Of a DNA stretch of 64,000 nucleotides, positions 16,140 to 25,839 are shown piece by piece (position 1 is the stretch's first letter; each line of letters starts with the position of its first letter). Under the pieces are notes generated by a model, which saw nothing but the letters and a program-made list of their open reading frames with translations, ran no database searches and had not been told where the DNA came from. This stretch comes from a virus (taxonomy: Duplodnaviria; Caudoviricetes): the IMG/VR virus record IMGVR_UViG_3300008255_000007, positions 1 to 64,000 of that record, one strand, 5' to 3'. Position numbers and translations under genes: made by a program.

Positions 16140-16158
16140 ATAATCTCCTATTTCCTAC

Positions 16159-16205
16159 AGTATAAAGAAAAAAGGCTTGACTGTCAACGTATTTTACAAT
16201 AGACT
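16159..16205. promoter_or_regulatory. Divergent sigma70 promoters sharing a palindromic -35 (TTGAC-T-GTCAA)
   Basis: Minus TTGACA-N17-TATACT; plus TTGACT-N17-TAGACT. Confidence 0.6.
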
Positions 16206-16308
16206 TTTAAAAAAAACGCTTTCTGGGGTGTGGGGAAGTGCTATTTTTAAAATATATTAACTTTCTATTAGAATCTCTAATGATCTACAGTATTTAATAT
16301 ATTAGCTA

Positions 16309-16338
16309 TTGACAAAGATAGGGTAAATATGATATAAT
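16309..16338 (+). promoter_or_regulatory. Sigma70 promoter with extended -10
   Basis: TTGACA-N18-TATAAT with TGn before -10. Confidence 0.7.
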
Positions 16339-16477
16339 CAGCTTATTCATTTAAAAGTAAGCTATAATTTACTTTATCTTAACTTAATATAAAATATAAT
16401 TTATATTTAATCCATATCAAATTATATCATCTATATGATAAGCGACGACATCTATGTCTAAATAAACAAATAATCTT

Positions 16478-16663
16478 ATGAAACTCAGTAAAGTAGGCTA
16501 CTCAGACGAACAAAAAGAGAAGATGAAGAGGTTAGAAAAAGGCTTTAAAGAGGGTAGTGGTAAGTCTGCTTGGGACCACGCTAAAGAGTTTATGGGTATA
16601 TCAGATGAGTCTAATGAAAAACGTGAATCATTTCCTAGGCTTAGAAAAAATATGAAGCGTTAA
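16478..16663 (+). CDS. Small charged protein, candidate internal virion protein
   Basis: ORF track; preceded by AACAAAT motif. Confidence 0.65.
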   Translation: MKLSKVGYSDEQKEKMKRLEKGFKEGSGKSAWDHAKEFMGISDESNEKRESFPRLRKNMKR

Positions 16664-16968
16664 GCTTCTACTTTTTTACCTGAAAATCTAAAAGATAATT
16701 CGTCTAATTCCTTAGCTTCAGCATCTAAGGCATTTTCTAGGTCTGTAAAGAAAATATGCTTTTCTTCATCAGTGACTAGCTTACTATATTTATCAACTAA
16801 AGTAGCTGATATCATAGAAGTGAAGGAATAAGCTACGCAATAGCTTTCTTTTTCAGAATCATTCTCTAAATCTTCTAGGTTTTTACAAAACTCTAAGCTA
16901 TTTTTCAAGTTATTTAAAATAGCGTCTTTTAAGTTATTCATATTTATGTACTTTACATATTTTATCAA
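16660..16968 (-). CDS. Hypothetical acidic protein
   Basis: ORF track. Confidence 0.65.
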   Translation of the reverse strand: MIKYVKYINMNNLKDAILNNLKNSLEFCKNLEDLENDSEKESYCVAYSFTSMISATLVDKYSKLVTDEEKHIFFTDLENALDAEAKELDELSFRFSGKKVEA

Positions 16969-17151
16969 TAATAGACCTCCGAGTCAACAAATTATAAAGA
17001 GCGATTATCAATACAGATGACCCAATTGGGAAATTAATAGGCTATGTGAGCCTAGTAGAGCTGGTTAAACGATATTAAAGCTTATACCTACCGTAAGGCG
17101 GTATCAATTTACACTTACCTCTTTATAGAGATAGTGAAAAGGAGATAAAAA

Positions 17152-17403
17152 GTGAAGCAATACAACCCTATTGATTTAGTCAATGCTCCTCAAGATTTAA
17201 AAGACATTGATAATCAAATTAAAAAACAAACGATCTATCTACAAGTAGTAAGTCAAGGTCAATACCCAGGAGCTTTTTCTGAGCACCTTACCAACTTAAA
17301 AGTCTTTCTTTCTGAAGTAAGAGATCAATTAATTACAGCTTTTGATGAGCATCCTCATGTAACTCAAGTAAAAAGCGTCGTACAACCAGAAAAGAGTGAA
17401 TAA
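17152..17403 (+). CDS. Hypothetical protein, first gene of packaging operon
   Basis: AAGGAG RBS with GTG start. Confidence 0.75.
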   Translation: MKQYNPIDLVNAPQDLKDIDNQIKKQTIYLQVVSQGQYPGAFSEHLTNLKVFLSEVRDQLITAFDEHPHVTQVKSVVQPEKSE

Positions 17404-17675
17404 TGAAGTATTTTAGTGCAGAAAACTTAGCAATTGTAGCTTTTTTAGCCATTATAGCAAAGGCTTCAGTATTTTCTATCAATTTAGCAGAATCTTTAAT
17501 TATATTTAGTATGGTTTTAGGCTTTGGATTAGAAAAAATACTAGCTTTTAAACGAGAAAAAGAAATTAGCATGTCTGATAAGCTTCAAAAAGACATTATC
17601 AACTTAGACGAGCGTGTTAAATCAATGGAAGCTAGAAGTAATTTAGATAATTTTGCTAGGACTCAAAGAAAATGA
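17403..17675 (+). CDS. Two-TM membrane protein with C-terminal coiled coil (holin/spanin-like)
   Basis: Two hydrophobic segments then heptad-like tail. Confidence 0.55.
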   Translation: MKYFSAENLAIVAFLAIIAKASVFSINLAESLIIFSMVLGFGLEKILAFKREKEISMSDKLQKDIINLDERVKSMEARSNLDNFARTQRK

Positions 17676-17956
17676 GTAAAAAACCTAAAAAAGAGCAGTT
17701 AGTTACTATAAGTAGTCCTGCTTTAGATATAGCAATCATAGAATTAAATAGATTAAGAGAGAGAGCTATATCCACAGGTCTTAGTTTAGACGAAACACGT
17801 CAATACGATTTATTATGTAAGAATTTAAACCTCTTAAATGGAGATCCTACTTCAATAGAAGCTGAGTTTACTAGAAGACTAAGTAAATCTGATGAAAAAA
17901 AGCTAATAGATATAGCAAAGCAGATAGAGAAAGCCCCTAAAACAGATAATGAGTAA
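17672..17956 (+). CDS. Probable terminase small subunit
   Basis: Helical 94-aa ORF overlapping the start of the terminase large subunit; positional inference. Confidence 0.45.
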   Translation: MSKKPKKEQLVTISSPALDIAIIELNRLRERAISTGLSLDETRQYDLLCKNLNLLNGDPTSIEAEFTRRLSKSDEKKLIDIAKQIEKAPKTDNE

Positions 17957-19442
17957 TACTAATAAACTACCTTCTAGGAGACAAGCTGTTGATAGGCTTT
18001 GGAGAGAAGGTATCCTCTATTGGAAGCTAGATTCAGCTCAAAAAGATATATATGATACGTATAATGATAGCTCCTATATTGCTCCAGTTTTAGAAGTATC
18101 TCGTCGAGTAGGTAAATCCTTCACTTTATGTATTTTAGCAGTGGAGACGGCTATTAAAGGTGAAAATAGGACTATACATTACGCATGCCCTACAGCGGTA
18201 ATGGCTACTAAGATTGTAGTTCCTATTTTAAGAGAGATACTAAAAGATTGTCCTAAAGATTTAATGCCTAAGTTTTATAAACATGACAGAGCTTTTGTAT
18301 TTCAACATAATGGTTCTAAAATTCAAATCGAAGGAGCAGATGATGGTAATGCTGAGAGACTTCGAGGTACTGCTACTCATTTAGGTATCGTAGACGAGGC
18401 CGGATTTGTTAAAGATCTTAAGTATTTAGTAAATGATATCTTAATGCCTCAGTGTTTGACTACTAAAGGAAGACTACTACTGAGTAGTACGCCTCCTCCT
18501 GATTTAAATCATCCATTTATTAGTGACTTTATATTTAGAGCACATGAGAGTAAAGCTTATTTTAAGTTAACCATTGATGATTACTTAGAAAAAGTAAAGA
18601 ATGACCCAGAGCATTTCAGAGATCGTATTACTCCAGAAGGGCTACAGTTAATTATAGATGCACTTCAAGGAGGACGAGAAAACCCAACATTTAGAAGAGA
18701 GTATATGTGTGAACATATAGCTACTAATGAAGGATCTGTTATACCTGAATTCACTCCAGAGTTAGAAAAAGAAATAATTAAAGACTGGATAGCTCCAGAA
18801 GCCTTTGATTCTTATATATCAATGGATATAGGAGGCTCTAGGGATTTCACAGCAATACTATTTGCATATTATGATTTTAAAAACGCTAAGTTAGTAATAG
18901 TAGATGAGTATATGTGTCGATATGAGGATTCTAATTCACAAAATATAGCTCTTGTTGTGAAATCAAAAGAATCAGACCTCTGGAAAGATGATAAAGGCAA
19001 TCCAAAACAGACTTATTTAAGAATAGCAGATAATAATGCTCCTATCCTACTTAACGATTTGATGTTACAGCATAATTTACAATTTATACCAAGTAAAAAA
19101 GATGAGAAAACTGCTCAGATTAATGATCTTAGAGTTCGTATGATGCAAAAGAATATAATAATAGCACCTAACTGTGTGAATTTAATAGACCACTTAAGAC
19201 ATGCAACTTGGCATCCCAACGGTAATACATTCAGACGTACTGTAGAGTATGGACACTATGATTTTGTAGATGCCTTAATATACCTAGTTAGAAATGTCCA
19301 GTGGCATAGAAACCCATATTCCCAACAAAAAGTACCATATGGCTGGTTTAGGTCTCCTAAATACGAAGACTTTAATACTAAGTCAGCTAAAGCATTAAAG
19401 AAAATGTTCAATCTAAACAAATATAATAAGAAAAGGTTTTAA
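17949..19442 (+). CDS. terL: Terminase large subunit
   Basis: Walker A SRRVGKS, Walker B GIVDEAGF, LLLSSTP coupling motif, nuclease MDIGG and DFVDAL. Confidence 0.93.
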   Translation: MSNTNKLPSRRQAVDRLWREGILYWKLDSAQKDIYDTYNDSSYIAPVLEVSRRVGKSFTLCILAVETAIKGENRTIHYACPTAVMATKIVVPILREILKDCPKDLMPKFYKHDRAFVFQHNGSKIQIEGADDGNAERLRGTATHLGIVDEAGFVKDLKYLVNDILMPQCLTTKGRLLLSSTPPPDLNHPFISDFIFRAHESKAYFKLTIDDYLEKVKNDPEHFRDRITPEGLQLIIDALQGGRENPTFRREYMCEHIATNEGSVIPEFTPELEKEIIKDWIAPEAFDSYISMDIGGSRDFTAILFAYYDFKNAKLVIVDEYMCRYEDSNSQNIALVVKSKESDLWKDDKGNPKQTYLRIADNNAPILLNDLMLQHNLQFIPSKKDEKTAQINDLRVRMMQKNIIIAPNCVNLIDHLRHATWHPNGNTFRRTVEYGHYDFVDALIYLVRNVQWHRNPYSQQKVPYGWFRSPKYEDFNTKSAKALKKMFNLNKYNKKRF

Positions 19443-19443
19443 A

Positions 19444-21492
19444 ATGTCAAATATTGGAGAGAGAAATAATCAGTATTTTGCTAGTAAACCTGCCTCAGAA
19501 TGCGCAGCGACATTAGTACAAAAATCAGAACAATGGGATCAAGGGTTAATGTCAAATTCCCATTGGGAGAAGATAAGAAAAGCATGGCAATATTACCATG
19601 GTAGATTCGTAAATGATGTATTTGAGGATAATCATGAAATAAGTTTTACAGGAGATAATGGAGAGTTAGTAAATTTTCCAGTAAATCACTTTAGAAATAT
19701 AGCTCTGCATCTACTCAACATGACAGTAGCACAGCGTCCAAAAGTTAGCGCAGTAGCGGTAAATACGGATTACAAATCACTAACTCAAGCTATCTTAGCA
19801 GATGGTTTATTAGATTACTATCTAAGAGATAAAAGACTAGAAGAACATCTTAAAACAGCAGCTGAACAAGCTATTGTATTAGGCGAAGGCTTTATTAAAA
19901 TGGAATGGGACGCTACAGGTGGAGACGAGTATGGAGTAAACGAAGATACTGGATCTGTTGTATATGAAGGCGACGTAAAATTTACTAATCTATCTACTTA
20001 TGACGTAATTAGAGATATTAATAAAGATAATTTCGGAGATGATGATTGGTTACAAGTTCGTAGTTTTAAAAATAGATTTGATCTTATTGCTAAATATCCA
20101 GAATTTGAAGAACAGATACTATCTATTAAGACTAAAGAATATCAAGAAGCTATAAAATATCCAGGACTGCTTAATGCAAACACTGATGATATTGCTATTT
20201 ATGAATTTTATCATAAACGATCTGAAGCTATGCCGGATGGTCGTTATATGTTGTACGTAAGTAATGATGCAGTTCTTTATGATGGTCCTCTTCCTTATAG
20301 GGAAATTCCAGTATACAGAATAGCTCCTAGTAACTATTTAGGAGGTCCTTTTGGATATACTATTATGTTTGACTTGCTTCCTACTCAAGAAGCATTAAAT
20401 CTTCTATATAGTACTATTATGACTAACCAACATGCTTTTGGAGTTCAGAATATAATGGCTCCAAAAGGTAATGACATAAACTACACACAGCTTGCAGGAG
20501 GTTTAAATTTCATAGAATATACTCCTGGAATGAAACCCGAGTCTTTAAATCTAACTCAAACTCCTGCTGAAATCTTTAATATGGTTGACCGTATTGAAAA
20601 AACTATGGAAACCCTATCTGGTATAAACTCTGTTACTAGAGGAAATCCAGAAGCTAGTTTAGAATCAGGAGCGGCTCTAGCCCTTGTACAATCTCAAGCT
20701 GTTCAGTTTACTTCTAGTCTACAGCAATCCTATGTATACATAGTAGAAAAAGTATGTACATCTCTTATAAAGATGTTACAAGACTTTGCTGACGTTCCGA
20801 GAGTAGCTAATATTGTAGGAAAGTCTAAAAGATCTTACATGAAAGAGTTTACAGGAGAGGACATTAAAGGTATTAACCGAGTTAATATTGAAATGGCCAA
20901 CCCACTATCAAAAACTACCGCTGGTAGATTAGAGATAGCTAACCAGTTAATACAGATGGGATTAGTCAAGAACTTAGATCAGTATTTTACAATACTAAAC
21001 ACTGGAAAACTAGATACTATGATAGAAGGAGATCAAGCAGAACTCTTATTAATTAAATCTGAAAATGAATCAATGATGGAAGGTAAGGAAGTTCCAGTAC
21101 TTGATATAGATAAGCATCAAATGCATATTAATGAGCATAAGTCGCTACTAGCTGATCCTAACTTACGAGCAGATCCTAATTTAGTAGGTTTAGTACTTTC
21201 ACATATTCAGGAGCATATAAATGCTTTACGAATGACAGATCCTGACCTTCTTATGATGACAGGGCAGCAGCCTCTACAGCCGCCTCCGCCTCCTGGTGGA
21301 ATGCCTCCTCCTGGTGCAGCAGGTGAGCCTCTACCTCCAGTAGATGCTATGCAGGGAGGTCCTGTAGCCGATCAGATGGCTCCAATGCCGGATGGTGCCG
21401 CTCCTGACGTTAACATTCCTAATCTACCGTCGCCTCCAGCGCCGTTTGAAGGAGCACCTTTATCACCTGAAGACGTAGACTTACAAGGTTAA
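19444..21492 (+). CDS. Portal protein (P22/podovirus-like) with Pro-rich C-terminal tail
   Basis: 682 aa directly after terminase; SGINSVTRG...SGAALAL segment typical of this portal class. Confidence 0.85.
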   Translation: MSNIGERNNQYFASKPASECAATLVQKSEQWDQGLMSNSHWEKIRKAWQYYHGRFVNDVFEDNHEISFTGDNGELVNFPVNHFRNIALHLLNMTVAQRPKVSAVAVNTDYKSLTQAILADGLLDYYLRDKRLEEHLKTAAEQAIVLGEGFIKMEWDATGGDEYGVNEDTGSVVYEGDVKFTNLSTYDVIRDINKDNFGDDDWLQVRSFKNRFDLIAKYPEFEEQILSIKTKEYQEAIKYPGLLNANTDDIAIYEFYHKRSEAMPDGRYMLYVSNDAVLYDGPLPYREIPVYRIAPSNYLGGPFGYTIMFDLLPTQEALNLLYSTIMTNQHAFGVQNIMAPKGNDINYTQLAGGLNFIEYTPGMKPESLNLTQTPAEIFNMVDRIEKTMETLSGINSVTRGNPEASLESGAALALVQSQAVQFTSSLQQSYVYIVEKVCTSLIKMLQDFADVPRVANIVGKSKRSYMKEFTGEDIKGINRVNIEMANPLSKTTAGRLEIANQLIQMGLVKNLDQYFTILNTGKLDTMIEGDQAELLLIKSENESMMEGKEVPVLDIDKHQMHINEHKSLLADPNLRADPNLVGLVLSHIQEHINALRMTDPDLLMMTGQQPLQPPPPPGGMPPPGAAGEPLPPVDAMQGGPVADQMAPMPDGAAPDVNIPNLPSPPAPFEGAPLSPEDVDLQG

Positions 21493-21563
21493 AACCCACC
21501 CATAAGGGCGGTTATTTTAAAGCTTACCCTTTATTAAAAGGATAGCAGAAAGAGAGAATAAAA

Positions 21564-22559
21564 ATGAGTGAATCAAATGTATCAACAGGAGCTGCAGAGT
21601 CAGCTTCATCAACCGGATCAGAAGGATTAGCAGTATCTGAAGAACTTAATGCTGTAGTAGGTGAAGATTCTGAACAAGCTGAAGAGGAAGTAGAAGCTTC
21701 AGAGGAAGGCTCAGAAGAATCTAAAGAAGAAGTCGAAGAAGAGCTAGAAAAAGCCTCTAAAGAAGAGGTTGAAAAAGCTAAACAGTCTTTAAAAAAGAAA
21801 TATAAGCTTAAAGTAGACGGAGAAGAGCTTGAAGAAGAACTATCTGACGAAGATATAGTAAGAGAGCTTCAACTAGCTAAAAAAGCTAGAAAAGAAATAC
21901 AGAATTCTACTAATCTTAAAAAAGAAGTAGAAAGTTTCCTAGAAACTCTTAGAAAAAACCCAGCGGCAGTTTTATCAGACCCTTTAATTGGACTAGATCC
22001 TATAGAGTTTGCTCAACAGATCCTTTCTCAGAAGCTAGAAGAAGAGGCTAAGGACCCAGCTACTAGAGAAAAAGAAAAGCTAGAACAGGAGCTGCAGCAA
22101 TTAAGAGAACAGATGAAGTCTGAAGAAGAAAGAATTCAAAGAGAGACTTATGAAAGAGAAGTTATTAGAGCTGAACAGGAGCTAGAAGAGCAAGTATCCG
22201 AAGCTTTAGAGACTAGCGGTCTTCCTAAGAGCCCTTACGTAGTAAAAAAGATGGCAGAAGTAATGATCTCTGCTATGGAACGTAAGATGAATATTAGTCC
22301 TAAACAAGCTATGAATATCGTTAAGAAAGAAATGACTAGCGATATAAAAGAGTTATTTAATGCCAGCCCTGATGACTTGCTAGAGCAGCTTATCGGTTCT
22401 GATAATATTAAAAGACTTAATAAGAAATCATTAGCTAGGATTAAGAAAGTAGCCCCAACAGCTAATTCTATTAAACCCACAGGACAGATGACAAAAACAG
22501 ACACTAATACACAGAAAGAAGAAAAAATCAACATTAGCGACTGGTTAAGACGTAAATAA
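21564..22559 (+). CDS. Capsid scaffolding protein
   Basis: Acidic N-terminus, KYKLKVDGEELEE, coiled coils, position between portal and capsid. Confidence 0.8.
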   Translation: MSESNVSTGAAESASSTGSEGLAVSEELNAVVGEDSEQAEEEVEASEEGSEESKEEVEEELEKASKEEVEKAKQSLKKKYKLKVDGEELEEELSDEDIVRELQLAKKARKEIQNSTNLKKEVESFLETLRKNPAAVLSDPLIGLDPIEFAQQILSQKLEEEAKDPATREKEKLEQELQQLREQMKSEEERIQRETYEREVIRAEQELEEQVSEALETSGLPKSPYVVKKMAEVMISAMERKMNISPKQAMNIVKKEMTSDIKELFNASPDDLLEQLIGSDNIKRLNKKSLARIKKVAPTANSIKPTGQMTKTDTNTQKEEKINISDWLRRK

Positions 22560-22726
22560 TCTAACAAATTAGTGTTATAAAGGAATGCTACAAGGTAACT
22601 TTTAGTTTTCTTTACGGCTCTTAGATACACAAGCTCTAAGATACCAAAAAGATAAGAACAGAAAACCGCGCAGTACCCTATAATAAAAAAGATAAATACT
22701 TAAAATAATAGGAGAATTAAAATAAA

Positions 22727-23974
22727 ATGGCAAACGTACCAAACACCGTATCTACCTTAAATGGTAACTTCAAAGAAGTATATGCGGATAAAATTAAACA
22801 ATTAGTCCCTGACAATGTAATGCTTTTGAACATGGTAGACTTTCTACCTTCTGACAAAGCACTAGGCAATGAATATCACCAGCCTGTAATCCTTGGACAT
22901 GAGCATGGATTCAGCTACGGTGGAACTGATGGATCAGCTTTTGCTCTTAACGATGCAATCGCAGGCGTTGTAAAAGATGCTAAAATCCAAGGTTATGAGT
23001 ATGTTCTTCGTACTCAGATTTCATATGCTGCTGCTAGCCGCGCTGCTGCTAGTAAAGCTGCTTTTGAACGATCTACTAAGCTCATCGTAGCTAACATGAT
23101 TCGTTCATTCGCTAAGCGTCTTGAAATTTCAATGTTCTACGGTCAAACACCTCTTGCTACTGTTGGAGCTGGTACTACCACTACTTCATTGGCAATTCCT
23201 GCTGCTGACTGGGCTGCTGGTGTATGGGTAGGTTCTGAACAAGCTGAAGTTGAACTTTTCGACGGTTCAAGCAACACTCTTCGTGGTTCTGCTAAAATCA
23301 ACGCAGTTGATCTTACAGCTCGTACTCTAGGTCTTGCTTCTGCTATCGCAGGTGCAGCTTCTGGAGATACTTTGTACTTCAAGAGTGCTAAAATCCAAGG
23401 ATCTGCTGGACATAATGACCTTAAAGGTCTTCAATCCATCATCCAAGAATCCGCTACTCTTTTCAACATTTCTACTAGCTCTTACAGCTTGTGGAAAGGT
23501 AACACTTACAGTGCAGGTTCTGCTGATCTTTCTTTCGAGAAGATTCAAGAAGCTATTGCTGTAGCTGTTGAAAAAGGTCTTGATGAAGACGTTACATGTA
23601 TTGTTAACCACAAAACATGGGCTAAGCTTTTGACAGATCAAGCTGCTCTTAGAATGTATGATTCTTCATACAGCCGAGAAGTAGCTGAAAACGGTTCTCA
23701 ATCAATCAAGTTCCATTCACAAAATGGTTCTGTTGAGATTCGTCCTTGTACTTATGTTAAAGAATCCCTAGCTTTCGTACTTCCTACTAAGACTTTGATG
23801 CGTGTTGGTTCAACTGACATTACATTCAAACTTCCTGGTCAAGAGTATGAAGATAGATTCTTCCGTGAGTTGGAAAGTAATGCTGGTTTTGAGTTGAGAG
23901 CCTATACCGATCAGGCACTTTTTTGTGACACCCCAGGCAAACTCGTACTCATAACAAATATAGTAAATTCTTAA
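22727..23974 (+). CDS. Major capsid protein
   Basis: 415 aa after scaffold, strong RBS, biased codons, followed by terminator. Confidence 0.85.
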   Translation: MANVPNTVSTLNGNFKEVYADKIKQLVPDNVMLLNMVDFLPSDKALGNEYHQPVILGHEHGFSYGGTDGSAFALNDAIAGVVKDAKIQGYEYVLRTQISYAAASRAAASKAAFERSTKLIVANMIRSFAKRLEISMFYGQTPLATVGAGTTTTSLAIPAADWAAGVWVGSEQAEVELFDGSSNTLRGSAKINAVDLTARTLGLASAIAGAASGDTLYFKSAKIQGSAGHNDLKGLQSIIQESATLFNISTSSYSLWKGNTYSAGSADLSFEKIQEAIAVAVEKGLDEDVTCIVNHKTWAKLLTDQAALRMYDSSYSREVAENGSQSIKFHSQNGSVEIRPCTYVKESLAFVLPTKTLMRVGSTDITFKLPGQEYEDRFFRELESNAGFELRAYTDQALFCDTPGKLVLITNIVNS

Positions 23975-24000
23975 TTAAATTAAGTATTTAAGATAATCTT

Positions 24001-24040
24001 AAAGACCTTGCTCTCTTAATTGAAGGCAGGGTCTTTCACT
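24001..24040 (+). terminator. Terminator after major capsid gene
   Basis: AAAGACCTTGC...GCAGGGTCTTT hairpin. Confidence 0.65.
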
Positions 24041-24082
24041 TTAGTGTTGACACATTTTACTTTTGTACATTATAATAATATT

Positions 24083-24712
24083 ATGAAAAAGAAAACACTA
24101 ACATTAGAGCACAGAAAAGCACTTAGCGAAGCTGCTAAGATATCAAATTCTACTAGAGTCTTATCTGAAGAAACTTTAAAGAAGATGAGCGACTCTGCTA
24201 AGAAAAGAGAAGCTGCCAAAGAAGATAAAACTCTACCAGAAGGTATGATTAAACGTAAAGAGCATATATGGCTAAAAGATATAGAGTGTAAAGAGTGCTC
24301 TAAGTGTAAAGGAGTTAAACCTTTAACTGAATTTGGAAAAGATAAAAGTGCTAAATGGGATGGACTAAACTACTACTGTAAAGTATGCCATAATCAGAAT
24401 AGGAAAAAAGCATATAAAACTACTAAAAAATATGAAAATAAATATGCAGTTAATAGAAGAAGACAGTTAAAAATAGAAGCTGTAGAATATAAAGGTGGGA
24501 TATGTCAAAAGTGTGGATTAAAACATGAAACTAATCATAATACCGCCGCTTTCCAGTTCCACCATAGAGACCCCTCTAAGAAAGACTTTACTATAGCAGC
24601 GAGGACTACTACGGTATTAGACAATTTAAAACCAGAATTAGATAAATGCGACTTATTATGTGCCACATGTCATCATATAGTCCACTGGAGCCTTAAAAAA
24701 GACCTAGACTAA
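24083..24712 (+). CDS. HNH endonuclease-like protein with Cys4 zinc motifs (leaderless, start MKKKTL at 24083)
   Basis: CSKC, YCKVC, CQKC, FHHRDP...KCDLLCATCH; TTGACA-N18-TATAAT ends 6 nt before ATG. Confidence 0.85.
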   Translation: MKKKTLTLEHRKALSEAAKISNSTRVLSEETLKKMSDSAKKREAAKEDKTLPEGMIKRKEHIWLKDIECKECSKCKGVKPLTEFGKDKSAKWDGLNYYCKVCHNQNRKKAYKTTKKYENKYAVNRRRQLKIEAVEYKGGICQKCGLKHETNHNTAAFQFHHRDPSKKDFTIAARTTTVLDNLKPELDKCDLLCATCHHIVHWSLKKDLD

Positions 24713-24739
24713 TATCTAAAACTATGATATGCTACTCAA

Positions 24740-24873
24740 GTTCCTAGCGGCGTGGAAAGCAGACACGCTAAACATAGTTAAATAAGACTAGGCTTTCTAG
24801 AAGCCGAAAAGAGAGTAGAAGCTATGGTCCGCATCTCGAAGTCTTAGTAGGAGTAGCGACCTACCTAGGAGCA
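24740..24873 (+). ncRNA. tRNA-like structured RNA with a branched insert in place of the anticodon arm
   Basis: Acceptor GTTCCTAG/CTAGGAGC, D-like GCGTG/CACGC, T-like GTAGG/CCTAC, own promoter TAGACT-N17-TATGCT at 24705-24733. Confidence 0.7.
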
Positions 24874-24893
24874 CTTCTTAAACAACTCCTTAT

Positions 24894-25292
24894 ATGGAAT
24901 CTAAAAAATACTTTATATTTAATAAGGGCGAGAAATTTAAGTTATCTGATAATTTCAGTAGTCATGAACTAGAATGCAAATGTTCTAGAGCTGATTGCAT
25001 AGAACAGAAGATATCCGTAAATTTAATAGAAAAACTACAGAAAATAAGAGAAAAGTTAGGTAAGTCTTTAAAGATTACCAGCGGTTATAGGTGCGAAGCC
25101 CATAACAAAGCTATAGGAGGTGCTGCTAAAAGTCAGCACATTCTAGGAAACGCCGTAGACCTTAAAACAGAGGATATGGACTCTCTAGAAGCTTTAGTAG
25201 AAGTTGAATTTGATGCTGTAGGTAATGCCAAGCCTTCCTTCTTACATGTAGATGTAAGAGATACTAAAAACAAACTAAGATGGACCTATTAA
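24894..25292 (+). CDS. Peptidase M15-family endolysin
   Basis: ITSGYRC..HN..IGGA..SQH..GNAVD and FLHVDVR zinc-peptidase motifs. Confidence 0.9.
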   Translation: MESKKYFIFNKGEKFKLSDNFSSHELECKCSRADCIEQKISVNLIEKLQKIREKLGKSLKITSGYRCEAHNKAIGGAAKSQHILGNAVDLKTEDMDSLEALVEVEFDAVGNAKPSFLHVDVRDTKNKLRWTY

Positions 25293-25317
25293 ACAAATAA
25301 TTAAGAGGTTTTTATAG

Positions 25318-25800
25318 ATGAGTATTCCTTTAACCGTTCAGGGTGTAACCTTTCAATATCCTGTATCAGGAGATGAGCTGTGGGGCCGAGAGGCTACTAA
25401 CTGGGCTATAGCAGTAACTAATGCATTAACTACCTTAACGGTTACAGGTGATATTGGTCCTACTACCCTAGCAGCTATTAATAATAATGTGAGCACACCT
25501 ACTAACGTAAGCCAATTAAACGTTAGTGTGGCTAATGTTAGAGCTTTTATGGTGCAATATTATGTATATAGAGGCCGTGGTTCTCCAACTAACGAGGAAT
25601 TAGTAGAAACAGGCACCTTAAGGGCTATATACGCCCCATCAGCAGGAGCTTGGACTCTAGATAATACTTATACTGGAGATTCTGACGTAGAGTTTAATAT
25701 TACAGCAGCAGGACAAGTCCAGTATACTTCCAGTAACATAGCAGGATCTGGTACTTATTTTGGACAAATGAGGTATAGACTATTCGCGCTACCTGTATAA
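25318..25800 (+). CDS. Virion structural protein (paralogous to C-terminus of 32956..35097)
   Basis: Beta-rich; shared TxAGQVQYTS motif. Confidence 0.7.
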   Translation: MSIPLTVQGVTFQYPVSGDELWGREATNWAIAVTNALTTLTVTGDIGPTTLAAINNNVSTPTNVSQLNVSVANVRAFMVQYYVYRGRGSPTNEELVETGTLRAIYAPSAGAWTLDNTYTGDSDVEFNITAAGQVQYTSSNIAGSGTYFGQMRYRLFALPV

Positions 25801-25839
25801 CAAATTAATAATAGAAACCTGGAAATGGAAAGGTAATAT

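Noticed and set aside
16205-16255. Possible short RNA or hairpin with GGGGTGTGGGG loop
   Set aside because: Stem pairing is poor
21270-21490. GC-rich low-complexity stretch as foreign DNA
   Set aside because: Explained by the Pro-rich portal C-terminus
22235-23641. Antisense and alternate-frame ORFs over scaffold and capsid genes
   Set aside because: Shadow ORFs of biased coding sequence; the same applies to most short opposite-strand ORFs in the track
24740-24873. Canonical tRNA or tRNA with group I intron
   Set aside because: No 7-nt anticodon loop or TTC T-loop, and the insert is far too short for a group I intron
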